64,000 bases of DNA, taken from the IMG/VR virus record IMGVR_UViG_3300044857_000472; one strand, written 5' to 3'. Numbering within the stretch: position 1 is the first letter of the stretch; every line of letters starts with the position of its first letter. Under the pieces are notes generated by a model that was not told where the DNA came from, did no database searches, and saw nothing but the letters and a program-made list of their open reading frames with translations. Both the position numbers and the translations under genes were made by a program. The stretch is from a virus. Below are positions 54,506 to 63,639 of the stretch, one piece after another.

Positions 54506-54707
54506 TATAAAGACTCTTAAAAGTGATTCTCATGATATGATAATTTCTTGCAACGTAATATCTCTTTCCTATATAGATTATACTTTCTAGATATTCATTA
54601 TCTTTTTCAAGCATTCCTGAGAGATTATGAGTAGTTGCAAGTCTTACTACATTTTTAGTAGTAAAGTCATCTTCTTTTATATGTGATGGATATTCTACTC
54701 TAAACAT
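54486..54707 (-). CDS. Array small protein
   Basis: 73 aa, starts MFRVEY. Confidence 0.6.
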   Translation of the reverse strand: MFRVEYPSHIKEDDFTTKNVVRLATTHNLSGMLEKDNEYLESIIYIGKRYYVARNYHIMRITFKSLYNVQNKT

Positions 54708-54933
54708 CCTTAATTTCCTTTACATACATTTTTATCGTAGTTCTAGTAGAACCGTAGGAATCCGGTCGTTTAAGTAAGCATATTGCTTCCGGTAGACCAT
54801 TCACCAAAACTCTAATACTGCCTACAATTCTATACACATCATCAATATCAAAAGGTAAGCTAGTAGAGCTATGCATATTATCTTTAAAGAAATCTGATGC
54901 AATATGCATTAGACTAAATTTTGAGTGTCGCAT
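54700..54933 (-). CDS. Array small protein
   Basis: 77 aa, starts MRHSKF. Confidence 0.6.
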   Translation of the reverse strand: MRHSKFSLMHIASDFFKDNMHSSTSLPFDIDDVYRIVGSIRVLVNGLPEAICLLKRPDSYGSTRTTIKMYVKEIKDV

Positions 54934-55147
54934 TTAAAAGTCCCTTATTCAGCATGTTAAAAATTTCTTTTTCACTAAAATCAATAACAAATCTATCATA
55001 TTCTAAGTAAATCATATTTTTAAAGCCGAAAACCATATCAGAACTTGTAATATAATGAATTTGAGTTCTTAGTTCTGGTAGGTTCATTGAATCGGCTGCA
55101 GCAAAATCATTAGCAAAGTAGGAAAAAAGTTTCTTATACTTCTTCAT
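54914..55147 (-). CDS. Array small protein
   Basis: 77 aa, starts MKKYKK. Confidence 0.6.
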   Translation of the reverse strand: MKKYKKLFSYFANDFAAADSMNLPELRTQIHYITSSDMVFGFKNMIYLEYDRFVIDFSEKEIFNMLNKGLLNATLKI

Positions 55148-55356
55148 AGATATTTCCTATCTTTATATACTTCTCTAGCTCCTAAAACTAGTGGAATCGT
55201 ATAACTACTAAGATACAAACATGGATGAATAACGCCTTGATGATCATTTACCAATTGCAAAATTACATTATAACTTTTAAGTATCACTCCATTACGTATT
55301 GAATAATCTTTATCTATTTTTAAATTACTACGTTTGTTTTTCTTGTAACGTTCCAT
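55144..55356 (-). CDS. Array small protein
   Basis: 70 aa, starts MERYKK. Confidence 0.55.
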   Translation of the reverse strand: MERYKKNKRSNLKIDKDYSIRNGVILKSYNVILQLVNDHQGVIHPCLYLSSYTIPLVLGAREVYKDRKYL

Positions 55357-55571
55357 GATATATCCTCTCTAGCCATATCAGGATAGCCTTTATGAAAGTA
55401 ATACAATGAAGATTGTATCATATTCTCAGTATCTGGTAGAACTATCGAAATGACGATATCTTGTAATTTATTTGCAAACCTATTTCTAATACTAACTAGA
55501 ATGAAAGAGAACATCAGAGTTACAGTAGATAGAAATGGTTGATTTGATAGCTTGGCTTTATGTACTTTCAT
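55320..55571 (-). CDS. Array small protein
   Basis: 83 aa, starts MKVHKA. Confidence 0.6.
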   Translation of the reverse strand: MKVHKAKLSNQPFLSTVTLMFSFILVSIRNRFANKLQDIVISIVLPDTENMIQSSLYYFHKGYPDMAREDISWNVTRKTNVVI

Positions 55572-55786
55572 TTAAATAGTTCTCTATATAATGAAATACT
55601 ATACCTACCTTCTTTTTCTATACAATACTCAACACCGCCTCGTATAAGATAGAAATCCGGTCTCTTAGTAGTATTAACGGTTACTTTTAATTTAGAAGAG
55701 TATGAACGCCTTACCTCCTTGTCAATTTCCTCTTTACTTAATAACTGTATATCTTCATTATTTTGTGAGTATTTTCTTACATGCAT
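55568..55786 (-). CDS. Array small protein
   Basis: 72 aa, starts MHVRKY. Confidence 0.6.
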   Translation of the reverse strand: MHVRKYSQNNEDIQLLSKEEIDKEVRRSYSSKLKVTVNTTKRPDFYLIRGGVEYCIEKEGRYSISLYRELFK

Positions 55787-56019
55787 TAGAATTCAATCTC
55801 TCTTTTATCATTTTTATCCATACATAATACTAAATCGCCTGTCCTATAGTCTAAATATAGGGTCTTATAGACAAGAATATTGTACTTTTCAGTACTAGCT
55901 TTCCTAAAGTCCATATCTATACCATTAATATCAGCTATATGGGCTGCTAAAATTGGATGACTTAGTGTCATTACTTGACAACTATATATGGATGATTGAC
56001 ACTTTGAATGGATATACAT
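55786..56019 (-). CDS. Array small protein
   Basis: 77 aa, starts MYIHSK. Confidence 0.6.
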   Translation of the reverse strand: MYIHSKCQSSIYSCQVMTLSHPILAAHIADINGIDMDFRKASTEKYNILVYKTLYLDYRTGDLVLCMDKNDKREIEF

Positions 56020-56236
56020 TTTTTATTCTCCACAACTTAATTTTTACTATATAGATCATTCTTCTATCAATTTCGATGATTTCTTCCATTAAGTAGAACG
56101 GGCATGCATTCAGATCTACTAAAAGATCTTTATGAAATGATTTCATCTGTAATTTTCTTTTAAATACCCTATCCTCCTCGAAATTATCTAGTTTTCCACT
56201 TGGATGATTCTTCAAACATATAATTTTCACGACCAA
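55982..56236 (-). CDS. Array small protein (start uncertain)
   Basis: 84 aa; alternative internal start MKSFHK. Confidence 0.5.
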   Translation of the reverse strand: MVVKIICLKNHPSGKLDNFEEDRVFKRKLQMKSFHKDLLVDLNACPFYLMEEIIEIDRRMIYIVKIKLWRIKNVYPFKVSIIHI

Positions 56237-56420
56237 TTACCTTTATGTATTTTTTAATAATAGTTTTCTCGTCAGAACCAGTTAAGTAAATACCTTGTTT
56301 GTTAGTTGTAATCCATCTTGTATCATAAATTACATTCTTTTGTGGATTTAGTATATTATTCCGAATAAATGATTCTGGCTTGTAAGCCGTATGGTTATAT
56401 TCTTTAACTAAAATTTTCAT
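56184..56420 (-). CDS. Array small protein
   Basis: 78 aa, starts MKILVK. Confidence 0.65.
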   Translation of the reverse strand: MKILVKEYNHTAYKPESFIRNNILNPQKNVIYDTRWITTNKQGIYLTGSDEKTIIKKYIKVIGRENYMFEESSKWKTR

Positions 56421-56432
56421 AGGTACCTCAAG

Positions 56433-56762
56433 TTATTTATACCATTCAATTAGTACCTTTTCTTCATTAGGATTCCGCATTACATTTCTAATGCTACCAT
56501 ATACGCCTTTACCATGCTTTTCTAACTCAGGTTCAGACTTTATAAAGAAATATCTAGCGGCTACAGGGAAGGTAGAAAGTAACTCTTTGATGTATTTTGG
56601 TGCTAAATTTGTATGTTCCTCATACTTGTAATCAACAATTTCTTTATATATTTTCTCATGACCTTCTGTTTCCATGTATTGACTATTATTGTCTTTTAAA
56701 TGTAGATATACCCCTATAAACTTGCCAAAAGTATTACTCTTCTTAAATTTTAAAATAACCAT
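56433..56762 (-). CDS. Array small protein
   Basis: 109 aa, starts MVILKF. Confidence 0.6.
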   Translation of the reverse strand: MVILKFKKSNTFGKFIGVYLHLKDNNSQYMETEGHEKIYKEIVDYKYEEHTNLAPKYIKELLSTFPVAARYFFIKSEPELEKHGKGVYGSIRNVMRNPNEEKVLIEWYK

Positions 56763-57001
56763 CGTTGTCTTCCCTTAGCAATCTGGATGGTGATGGTACT
56801 AGAATTATACTTTTCAGTATAAGTCGTTATTTTTGATTCAGCAATAGTAGCCCTTCGAAAATTCCTACATCTTTCTATAATAAATCGTATTCCTGAGAAA
56901 TATTCAATATTTTCTCTATAGTCTAGATAGCACCATGTATCATAATGGAGATACATACCTCTTTTATCAGCTTCCTTTGTAGTATTCTTATGTATCTTCA
57001 C
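56750..57001 (-). CDS. Array small protein (EYFSGIRF paralog 1)
   Basis: 83 aa, starts MKIHKN. Confidence 0.65.
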   Translation of the reverse strand: MKIHKNTTKEADKRGMYLHYDTWCYLDYRENIEYFSGIRFIIERCRNFRRATIAESKITTYTEKYNSSTITIQIAKGRQRWLF

Positions 57002-57240
57002 TTAATGATTTTCCATTTAGAAGAGTTAAATAGAGCCTGAATAATAATCCAGGATAGCTTAAAATTTGAAACCGTAAAAGCAATTTTGATATCGATATCT
57101 ACTATAGAGACTCCATCAAATGATTTTAAATCTCGTATAAAAAATCGGATTCCTGAGAAGTATTCGGCACTTTGACGGTCAGATGATTCATTGTAGAAAT
57201 CAAATTCTTCTACATATACGCATTTTCTAAAGATTTTCAT
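56998..57240 (-). CDS. Array small protein (EYFSGIRF paralog 2)
   Basis: 80 aa, starts MKIFRK. Confidence 0.65.
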   Translation of the reverse strand: MKIFRKCVYVEEFDFYNESSDRQSAEYFSGIRFFIRDLKSFDGVSIVDIDIKIAFTVSNFKLSWIIIQALFNSSKWKIIK

Positions 57241-57463
57241 AACTATATTCTTCTCCCTTAACTAGACATATATAGTCTCCTTCTATTTCAAAAGTATTAA
57301 ATGCTGCGTAATCTGCTTGGGTTAAGAATGCTAACTTCGGGTGTTGTATTACAGCTTCACCTGTAGGAAGATATATTCCACTAACTTTATTTACATGCAT
57401 CTGAGAAATTAGATGAGCAAATGCTGAAACCGGTTTCTTTCTTACTTCTTTTAATACCTTCAT
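57227..57463 (-). CDS. Array small protein
   Basis: 78 aa, starts MKVLKE. Confidence 0.6.
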   Translation of the reverse strand: MKVLKEVRKKPVSAFAHLISQMHVNKVSGIYLPTGEAVIQHPKLAFLTQADYAAFNTFEIEGDYICLVKGEEYSYENL

Positions 57464-57674
57464 TAATCATATCCACATTATTAATTCTTATAGTATGCTC
57501 TATTCCCTTACCAAAATATATTACTACTTTTGAGGTAATAAGAATGATATTTGGACTGGAGTAGAATCTGGCATCCTGAACAACTTTATTCAAAGATATA
57601 TGCAGTCTAAAGCTATGGCCGCTAATAGTAATTAGGGCGTGATGATATTTTATATCCTGTTTTGCCTTGAACAT
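57387..57674 (-). CDS. Array small protein (start uncertain)
   Basis: Likely start MFKAKQ at 57674 (track start 57737); large overlaps on both sides. Confidence 0.45.
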   Translation of the reverse strand: MFKAKQDIKYHHALITISGHSFRLHISLNKVVQDARFYSSPNIILITSKVVIYFGKGIEHTIRINNVDMINEGIKRSKKETGFSICSSNFSDACK

Positions 57675-57900
57675 CGTAAATATCCCATGTGAATATACAG
57701 GCATTTCTAAGTCTATGCCATTTATACCTTGCAGCAATGTTTATCAATTGCATATCCATTAGAACGTGTCTGAGACTATTCTCATGCATGCATTCTTTAG
57801 TAAGTCTCAAGTTATGAATAAAATTCTCATTATCTGATAAGAAATGCTTATGGCTTGGTACTTGTTTAATCTTTATATTGGTTACTTTGATATGTTTCAT
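57622..57900 (-). CDS. Array small protein
   Basis: 92 aa, starts MKHIKV. Confidence 0.6.
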   Translation of the reverse strand: MKHIKVTNIKIKQVPSHKHFLSDNENFIHNLRLTKECMHENSLRHVLMDMQLINIAARYKWHRLRNACIFTWDIYDVQGKTGYKISSRPNYY

Positions 57901-58088
57901 AAGCTGGAGATCTTATAGTTATAGATATTCATAGCTATATTACTAGCATAATATAGTTTTACAAATTTTACATTACTAAATTCTGAAAAATATGATTTAA
58001 CAATGAATTCTGTATGAATAACCTTTCTAAGAGGTGCTTCTATTGGGTCTGTATACAGATAACTAGTTTTACATAGATATCGCATCAT
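57897..58088 (-). CDS. Array small protein
   Basis: 63 aa, starts MMRYLC. Confidence 0.55.
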   Translation of the reverse strand: MMRYLCKTSYLYTDPIEAPLRKVIHTEFIVKSYFSEFSNVKFVKLYYASNIAMNIYNYKISSL

Positions 58089-58128
58089 ATCAGTGATTAC
58101 CTTCTCTTATTTTCGAGATTCTACAAAA

Positions 58129-58138
58129 ATAATATATG
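58129..58138 (-). promoter_or_regulatory. Early-type promoter motif inside the array
   Basis: CATATATTAT on minus. Confidence 0.55.
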
Positions 58139-58146
58139 CTTAGAAT

Positions 58147-58347
58147 TCATTTAAAGACAACCTTATCATAAATTATAACATCGGTAATTTCCCAATGCTT
58201 TATAGAAAAATAAAATCTCCCTTGGTCTGGAAGGGAGATCCCACCAATAGCTTTCCTCCTAACACTATCTAGGAATGAGCTATACATATTAGGTGGAAAA
58301 ATTATCTGTCTAGCTTGTTTAGCCATAGATAATCTAATTGTTTTCAT
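58147..58347 (-). CDS. Array small protein
   Basis: 66 aa, starts MKTIRL. Confidence 0.6.
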   Translation of the reverse strand: MKTIRLSMAKQARQIIFPPNMYSSFLDSVRRKAIGGISLPDQGRFYFSIKHWEITDVIIYDKVVFK

Positions 58348-58349
58348 AG

Positions 58350-58583
58350 CTATTTCCTTACGCTTCCTGAATTAAAGCGTTTATGATTAATTGGATAGCT
58401 TACGTTAAAGATTATAAAAGAGAAAGCAATATTTTTATTATCAAAATTTATGTAAACCAAGTCTCTTTCTAATCCTCTTGATTTATTAAATTCTCTATAT
58501 ATGTTTTTTATAGATTTTAGATATTTTGTACGTGATCGCTTTTCAGGATCAGGGATGTAGTTTGACACTTTATAGTAGAACAC
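58350..58583 (-). CDS. Array small protein
   Basis: 77 aa, starts MFYYKV. Confidence 0.55.
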   Translation of the reverse strand: MFYYKVSNYIPDPEKRSRTKYLKSIKNIYREFNKSRGLERDLVYINFDNKNIAFSFIIFNVSYPINHKRFNSGSVRK

Positions 58584-58939
58584 TTAAGCTCCTTTGGTCT
58601 AATCCATGATGAATTTTCTTCATAATTTAATCGGACTGAGAACTGATATTCCTCTCCAATGTATTCTCTCATGAATACACTACCTTCTCCTTTCAATATA
58701 TTTCTTCTTAAAAAGGTATTAGCTTTTTCAAATCCTCTTTCTACTACCTTACGATAATTTGTCAAAGAATCCTTTTGTCTTTCGATTGCTCTTTCTAACT
58801 GAGCATAAATAAAATTATTGGGAGAAAGGTCATTCATCATCTCCTCCAATCTAGCCAGATTTCTTAATCTATCCTCTAACACTCCCTGATATTGTGTATT
58901 ACCATAACTGTTTAAAGCCTCTACCTTAATAAATTTCAT
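58517..58939 (-). CDS. Array protein
   Basis: 140 aa, starts MKFIKV. Confidence 0.6.
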   Translation of the reverse strand: MKFIKVEALNSYGNTQYQGVLEDRLRNLARLEEMMNDLSPNNFIYAQLERAIERQKDSLTNYRKVVERGFEKANTFLRRNILKGEGSVFMREYIGEEYQFSVRLNYEENSSWIRPKELKCSTIKCQTTSLILKSDHVQNI

Positions 58940-58955
58940 AAAGTCTTCCTAAAAA

Positions 58956-59174
58956 TTATATTCTTTGCTTAAATAGATTCTGAGAGATTAGATTTGACCA
59001 CATTGCTCCATTTCTTCCTTCAAAATGAAGTCTAACCATCGAATTTGTTAAATCTAAATCTATTTTCTTTAATTCCATATATACTTTATTTTGAAAATTT
59101 GTTCTAAGGTCTGGATAAGATACAGACCTTAAGGCTTTACCCCTATAAAAACCAACTGAGCTTTGGATTTTCAT
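58956..59174 (-). CDS. Array small protein
   Basis: 72 aa, starts MKIQSS. Confidence 0.65.
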   Translation of the reverse strand: MKIQSSVGFYRGKALRSVSYPDLRTNFQNKVYMELKKIDLDLTNSMVRLHFEGRNGAMWSNLISQNLFKQRI

Positions 59175-59400
59175 TATATTTAATCTTTGTCCTTATGAGC
59201 ATGGCATATGGTCTTTCGAATTTTTTGATAATATGTAAATCGTAATCCATTACTCTGAATTCTGAGTCCTCTTCAAATATTCTATATAGTCTATAAATAT
59301 TTACATCATGCACTTTAATCTGCATCTTTAATGAGCTATGAGGAATGTAATAAGTGGTTACTGAATGGCATGAATTATACTTTTTCTTATAAATAAACAT
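59143..59400 (-). CDS. Array small protein
   Basis: Likely start MFIYKK at 59400, 1 nt after the upstream stop (track start 59484). Confidence 0.6.
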   Translation of the reverse strand: MFIYKKKYNSCHSVTTYYIPHSSLKMQIKVHDVNIYRLYRIFEEDSEFRVMDYDLHIIKKFERPYAMLIRTKIKYNENPKLSWFL

Positions 59401-59401
59401 A

Positions 59402-59686
59402 TTATTTCGCCATATTATGAGAATTCCATAGGTTTTTGATTGAAATTTTACCTCTTTTGAAACTTTTTTTAAAAGATAAATCAATTACAATATATGGTTT
59501 AGCAACTCTTGGATTCTTTTTAGTACCATATGTATCGTTGAATCTATCTTCTCTTGTAAACTTCATATCACATCTAATATGAAGCATACTATTAACTAAT
59601 TCAAATTGCTCTCTAGTATAATAGGGTAAGAGAGCTTCTCTACTTAGATTAAACCATCTTGGGTTGGTAGCTGATAGTATCTTCAT
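59402..59686 (-). CDS. Array small protein
   Basis: 94 aa, starts MKILSA. Confidence 0.65.
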   Translation of the reverse strand: MKILSATNPRWFNLSREALLPYYTREQFELVNSMLHIRCDMKFTREDRFNDTYGTKKNPRVAKPYIVIDLSFKKSFKRGKISIKNLWNSHNMAK

Positions 59687-59687
59687 A

Positions 59688-59909
59688 TTAATATGGTAAC
59701 TTAAATTTTAAGGTAATGGGAGATAGCATTCTATAGATACGGTTGTTAGCAGTTTCTACAAGTGCTTCTACAATTAATAGCGATGAACTTTTACTATAAA
59801 ATTCAAAAAGGTTTCCACCATTTAACTGTAATTCGTGAAATGCAAGATCTTGCATCCATTTTGAATTCTTACGAATTACAGATTCTGTTTTAGTTTTGAA
59901 AATCATCAT
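59688..59909 (-). CDS. Array small protein
   Basis: 73 aa, starts MMIFKT. Confidence 0.6.
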   Translation of the reverse strand: MMIFKTKTESVIRKNSKWMQDLAFHELQLNGGNLFEFYSKSSSLLIVEALVETANNRIYRMLSPITLKFKLPY

Positions 59910-60134
59910 TTAATCGACCTTAATATTATTAATATCCTTAGTGTCTATCCATAGAGAATACTTAGACTTCGATTGTTTACCAGTATCTTCTAATGAAAAG
60001 GTTAGTTCAGTAGTAGCAAATAAACCATTGTAGTTATTGAATGATTTCTCTTCAAGGAAGGTCACTTCACCCCATGACCTAGACCAAGAGATTAATTTAG
60101 AAACTCCTATTACATCACTTCGTAGTTTTCTCAT
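59910..60134 (-). CDS. Array small protein
   Basis: 74 aa, starts MRKLRS. Confidence 0.6.
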   Translation of the reverse strand: MRKLRSDVIGVSKLISWSRSWGEVTFLEEKSFNNYNGLFATTELTFSLEDTGKQSKSKYSLWIDTKDINNIKVD

Positions 60135-60173
60135 TTACTGATCGATTATCCATGTAGATATGCTTTTTGGAGG

Positions 60174-60431
60174 TTAAATTGGAGTATATTCATTTACAAC
60201 TTCTACTTTTACACCAAAAAGTGGTCTAATGGTATGAATAGGATGTTTAACAAATTTAAATTCGACCTTTACTTGATCTAGGTCTATTTCACAATAAACA
60301 TCAAAATACAATTTGTATACATATAAAGTTAATTTATCATAGAGATTATTAATGTATATGTCTCTTACTATTAATGGATTAGATTTACGCTTAAAATTTA
60401 TTTCATTTTTATTAGTTTTGGAAATAAACAT
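60174..60431 (-). CDS. Array small protein
   Basis: 85 aa, starts MFISKT. Confidence 0.6.
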   Translation of the reverse strand: MFISKTNKNEINFKRKSNPLIVRDIYINNLYDKLTLYVYKLYFDVYCEIDLDQVKVEFKFVKHPIHTIRPLFGVKVEVVNEYTPI

Positions 60432-60673
60432 TACAGAATCCTTGTTTCTGAATCAACAGCGAATTTCCTTACAACGGGTTCTTTAGAAATTCGTTGTTGA
60501 TGATAATTAATGAATCTATTACATATACGGATAGCAGTAAGATTATCTTGTGCAATTATACCTACAGCTTTATAAGGACTTCCCATTAGATGGTCAGCCC
60601 TTAAATCTTCATCATCACGTTCAGATAAGGCTCTAAATAATCTTACATCTCTTGAAATACTTATAATTTTCAT
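60431..60673 (-). CDS. Array small protein
   Basis: 80 aa, starts MKIISI. Confidence 0.65.
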   Translation of the reverse strand: MKIISISRDVRLFRALSERDDEDLRADHLMGSPYKAVGIIAQDNLTAIRICNRFINYHQQRISKEPVVRKFAVDSETRIL

Positions 60674-60930
60674 ATGATCCTACGAGTTTCATTATCAACG
60701 ATTTCCATAAAAGGTCTATATTTGGATATAGATGATTTATTAGGATAGTTAAAATCTACGTTATATCCACATAGAAATAATATATACGTGTTTATATCAT
60801 TAGATTCATCAAATTTTATATCAGATATCGTATCTTCCAACTCAAAGATCATTAAAGATCTAGCGTGTAAGTAATATTCAATTATTGCATTAGCTAGCAT
60901 AGTTTGTTTACGAGCTTTATGCTTAATCAT
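60670..60930 (-). CDS. Array small protein
   Basis: 86 aa, starts MIKHKA. Confidence 0.6.
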   Translation of the reverse strand: MIKHKARKQTMLANAIIEYYLHARSLMIFELEDTISDIKFDESNDINTYILFLCGYNVDFNYPNKSSISKYRPFMEIVDNETRRII

Positions 60931-61208
60931 TTAATTTCCTTAAATGAATTCCATATTTTTGATTTATCAATCTTTGGTATGGCTAACTTCATAAACTTAT
61001 ATTTAACCTTTTGCGGCACCTTAACCAACCTAAAAATAGCACCTGGAGCTACTTCAAAGATAATATATGCTGGATCAATATACGCTGAAGATTTACTGAC
61101 CTTCCATTTATAAAGGATTGATCTAATATCTGTAAATGTATCCATAGCCGTCTTAGAATGACTTTCATCAGAATACTTATTACCGTCATATATCTGAATA
61201 GCTTTCAC
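60927..61208 (-). CDS. Array small protein
   Basis: 93 aa, starts MKAIQI. Confidence 0.6.
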   Translation of the reverse strand: MKAIQIYDGNKYSDESHSKTAMDTFTDIRSILYKWKVSKSSAYIDPAYIIFEVAPGAIFRLVKVPQKVKYKFMKLAIPKIDKSKIWNSFKEIK

Positions 61209-61447
61209 TTACACCTCTTAATAAAATGATAATTGAACCGAATAAGCTTATAATAAGCAGTTCCACCAATTTTCATAGTACGAGAATAATATATAAAAGG
61301 TGGGTCAATAAGATTATATGCAGACGCCCCTTCCACTATTTGCTTTAATTCTTTATAATGATTGTTAAGTAGGGTACTAAATACTGATTTAGCTATGGTT
61401 GGAACTCTGGTAATAGAAATTACTCTAAGTCTTTTATGAATTTTCAT
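61205..61447 (-). CDS. Array small protein
   Basis: 80 aa, starts MKIHKR. Confidence 0.65.
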   Translation of the reverse strand: MKIHKRLRVISITRVPTIAKSVFSTLLNNHYKELKQIVEGASAYNLIDPPFIYYSRTMKIGGTAYYKLIRFNYHFIKRCK

Positions 61448-61695
61448 AAATAATACCTTGAATTTATAGCATTAATAATATTTATCATATGAACTTCAAC
61501 AATTTCTTTACGAAAAGTTCTTTTCCCTCTCTGGATTAGATGAATTTCATATGCTAACTCTCTAGTCAGATTGCAATTGTATTCATATATAAATATAGCT
61601 AAGGAAGCTCTCACACGCTCTAGAATGAGAGAACCATAATTTGGTAGATTACTTACACCCTTATTAGTATTTCTTCTACCTTTATTAATTTTCAT
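61444..61695 (-). CDS. Array small protein
   Basis: 83 aa, starts MKINKG. Confidence 0.65.
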   Translation of the reverse strand: MKINKGRRNTNKGVSNLPNYGSLILERVRASLAIFIYEYNCNLTRELAYEIHLIQRGKRTFRKEIVEVHMINIINAINSRYYL

Positions 61696-61697
61696 GC

Positions 61698-61931
61698 TTA
61701 CCTCGGATTAATCAAGAAATTCTTCCTGAATTCTAAATGTACTACTTCCCTATCACCCCATCCACCATTAATCTTTTCTACTATATAAAAAGCAAACATA
61801 CATAGTGGAGCATAACTCATCTCAAACAGATCAATTATATTCTCTAGGTCAGATAGATTAACAGTATAAGTCGTAACCATAGTAAATTCAGTATTTGGTA
61901 TGCTATGCTTTAAACCTTTACGTATTTTCAT
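61698..61931 (-). CDS. Array small protein
   Basis: 77 aa, starts MKIRKG. Confidence 0.65.
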   Translation of the reverse strand: MKIRKGLKHSIPNTEFTMVTTYTVNLSDLENIIDLFEMSYAPLCMFAFYIVEKINGGWGDREVVHLEFRKNFLINPR

Positions 61932-62127
61932 TAGAAAACGCTCTTTTTCCTTTAAATTTTATATGTACATTGTGATTCTCATTGATTTTGATAATAGATG
62001 AGAATACTCCTTCACTCTTAATGAATCTGGAGACACTGGCATAAGATGCGTTCTTATCAAAGAAAACTCCGGCACTTATTACCATGTATGATGGTAATAG
62101 AAAACTAGGATATTTATTAATCTTCAT
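61918..62127 (-). CDS. Array small protein
   Basis: 69 aa, starts MKINKY. Confidence 0.65.
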   Translation of the reverse strand: MKINKYPSFLLPSYMVISAGVFFDKNASYASVSRFIKSEGVFSSIIKINENHNVHIKFKGKRAFSNENT

Positions 62128-62429
62128 GAGTGTATACTCGCAATTAAGAAAAGTTTAACTCTCATAGTCATATTATAATTAACGTCTCTAACTGGTGAGT
62201 CACACTCTTCATACAAATCCCAGAAATCAATTAATTCTGAATCAAATGTTGTAGGGATTACAGTAATCTCTCCAATATGACCACTAACCGGAAAGTTCTC
62301 CACAATCAATACACCCTCAGCAAAGGTCTCAAACTTCTTTTGAAGTATCTGTATTTGTATTGGAAGTATTTTATATAAGAATTTTAAATTTGACGAGTTA
62401 TTATCAAAGCGCATAGAGATTCTGAGCAT
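62124..62429 (-). CDS. Array small protein
   Basis: 101 aa, starts MLRISM. Confidence 0.6.
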   Translation of the reverse strand: MLRISMRFDNNSSNLKFLYKILPIQIQILQKKFETFAEGVLIVENFPVSGHIGEITVIPTTFDSELIDFWDLYEECDSPVRDVNYNMTMRVKLFLIASIHS

Positions 62430-62497
62430 ACTATTAAATTTTCCTTTATCTTCGTATTAATATTACTATATACTTCCCTATTATTAATCCCTCTCCC

Positions 62498-62920
62498 CTA
62501 GTAATCTACGTAGTACTCAATAGTTTGGAGTTTTATATAATTTAAGGAAGATTGAGAATCATTAGAATTTGTATATCGTCTATTATACATATTCCATTTT
62601 TCAATAATGCTAGTTCCATTAGTTACGTACTCGTATTCATCCTCATCACATTCGTCTTCATCTAGGGAGATAGTATCTCCATCGTTATCTTTTATGAAGA
62701 CGTGGTATTTATCAAAGATAGGAGATACTTTTAGTTCGTCCATAATAGTTGAAGGTAAGTGGGCTAGGTTAAAGAACTCTGTTAACCCTACTTCTCTACT
62801 AATAGTTTCTGAATCTACTAGCTTGAGGATATCCATATTGAGCATGTATATAGCTTTACGCTCTAGGGGTGAGTTATTTTCATTAGCAAGAATGAGTTGG
62901 ATGGATTTTATGTTCACCAT
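62498..62920 (-). CDS. Array protein with acidic patch
   Basis: 140 aa, starts MVNIKS; contains LDEDECDEDEYE. Confidence 0.6.
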   Translation of the reverse strand: MVNIKSIQLILANENNSPLERKAIYMLNMDILKLVDSETISREVGLTEFFNLAHLPSTIMDELKVSPIFDKYHVFIKDNDGDTISLDEDECDEDEYEYVTNGTSIIEKWNMYNRRYTNSNDSQSSLNYIKLQTIEYYVDY

Positions 62921-63195
62921 TGATCCTTATGACAGAAGTATAAAATAGTACCATTGTTCTTACCATATTCCGCTTCGGACTTGTATAAGGTTAATGGAAT
63001 TATTTGAGAACGATTGTTAAAGATGAGTACTGGTAAACGATAACGATCTCCTATACGTATATTGGCTGCGTCTATAGCATCCATTAAAGTATTCTGGTTG
63101 AAACGTTTCTTGAACTCGTATATACTTCTAAAATTACTAATTCTTTTATTAGTACGAACCGGGATACGAGAATACTCTATCTGTTGTATTTTCAT
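62914..63195 (-). CDS. Array small protein
   Basis: 93 aa, starts MKIQQI. Confidence 0.65.
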   Translation of the reverse strand: MKIQQIEYSRIPVRTNKRISNFRSIYEFKKRFNQNTLMDAIDAANIRIGDRYRLPVLIFNNRSQIIPLTLYKSEAEYGKNNGTILYFCHKDQW

Positions 63196-63401
63196 TATTT
63201 ACTCTTAAACCTTATTAGAATAGGTTCTATGTAATTATTAGGCTCCATTATAGGGTCAATTTGTTCTACTTGAGTTTCTATCCATGAGGAACTAAGCGTT
63301 TCTCCAATAAATACGTTTAAGCTTGATTTATTAAATGGAGAAAGGAATCGTGGATATGGACATGTGTTACTTATACTAAATCTAACTATTTTCATTTTCA
63401 T
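63195..63401 (-). CDS. Array small protein
   Basis: 68 aa, starts MKMKIV. Confidence 0.6.
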   Translation of the reverse strand: MKMKIVRFSISNTCPYPRFLSPFNKSSLNVFIGETLSSSWIETQVEQIDPIMEPNNYIEPILIRFKSK

Positions 63402-63639
63402 ACCTCAGATATATTGCTTGAGGTTTATAGATTCCAAATGGTAAAAGATGACCGTCATCTGCTTTAGGCCAAGTTTTAGGTAAACCGTAGTGATCTATAT
63501 AAATATCTTTGAGAGAATCTTCAACAGTAGTTGTTAGATTATAATCTGAAACGATATCTCTCATGAAGAAGTTCTTTAGATACTCTCTATGTATTGGTAG
63601 AAAGAAAGGCGAATCCTTTTCTCTAACAGTTATGAACAT
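63382..63639 (-). CDS. Array small protein
   Basis: 85 aa, starts MFITVR. Confidence 0.6.
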   Translation of the reverse strand: MFITVREKDSPFFLPIHREYLKNFFMRDIVSDYNLTTTVEDSLKDIYIDHYGLPKTWPKADDGHLLPFGIYKPQAIYLRYENENS

